NCBI GenBank assembly: GCA_016748015.1
Contig: JAAOMT010000003.1
Span: 66,373 to 130,372, forward strand
Reading direction: 5' to 3'
DNA: 64,000 nt
Origin: Geosiphon pyriformis uo1
Taxonomy: Eukaryota; Fungi; Glomeromycota
In this document: positions 63,687 to 64,000 of the stretch, in pieces
Layout of the letters: every line of letters begins with the position of its first letter
How positions within the stretch are numbered: position 1 is the stretch's first letter
The notes under the pieces: generated by a model
Seen by the model: the letters and a program-made list of their open reading frames with translations, nothing else
What the model was told of the DNA's origin: nothing
The model's database searches: none
Position numbers and translations under genes: made by a program

Positions 63687-64000
63687 TTTTTTTTTTAAAA
63701 AAAAAAGAAGCTTTTCGCAGAAGAGCTTTTGAAATGAAAATTTATTGTCAAAAAGGAAAAAAAAAGGAAAAATAAAGGCTTCAAAGCCCAAAATATATTT
63801 TTTGGAAAGGAAGAGAGAAGGTAGAAGTTGATCTAAGGAACAAGAAAGTCTTTTCCATCCCTTTTTATATTCAAAGAATTAAATGTCTTTCTTTACTAAT
63901 TACAATAGTATAGATGGTATATATATTTTTTTGGAAACACAAGCTAAATTCTTAATTGATGTTCATATCTTTAATACCATTTCTAGAATATATTCTGCGA

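Noticed and set aside
1-64000. CRISPR arrays, rRNA, tRNA, intact transposase/RT ORFs, STE3 receptor or HD/HMG mating-type genes
   Set aside because: None recognisable in this window; all periodic sequences are microsatellites or coding repeats.

Overview
AT-rich, intron-dense eukaryotic DNA from an early-diverging fungus. The gene families present (Ig-like/multi-TM surface protein, Sel1-like repeats, Crinkler N-terminus, GHGIGG-type lipase relic, Integrator subunit) point to Glomeromycota, possibly Geosiphon-like; this is inference, not a database result. Gene models reconstructed by hand: a 12-exon Ig-like/XK-like membrane protein (670-4268 +), INTS10 (10669-14559 -), a mucin-like putative GPI surface protein (37860-39039 +), a stand-alone PB1-like protein (47197-47643 +), a WGR-domain protein (50089-50682 -) and a secreted CAP/SCP protein (62931-63686 -). 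Between them lie ultra-AT-rich decayed blocks and pseudogenes (two Sel1, lipase-like, Crinkler, a scrambled CAP paralog). The key observation is missing from the ORF track: a 43-codon ORF at 30159-30290 (MQPTTNNQSSFNPLTIISPGNGSIKGPTGDPDDGSGTGQCSIM*). It ends in a CaaX farnesylation box and aligns without gaps to the yeast a-factor precursor. It has a TATA box and a tight upstream cluster of HMG-box sites (3x AACAATGC in about 50 bp). It is a candidate a-factor-like lipopeptide mating pheromone gene in a lineage where, to my knowledge, none is described.
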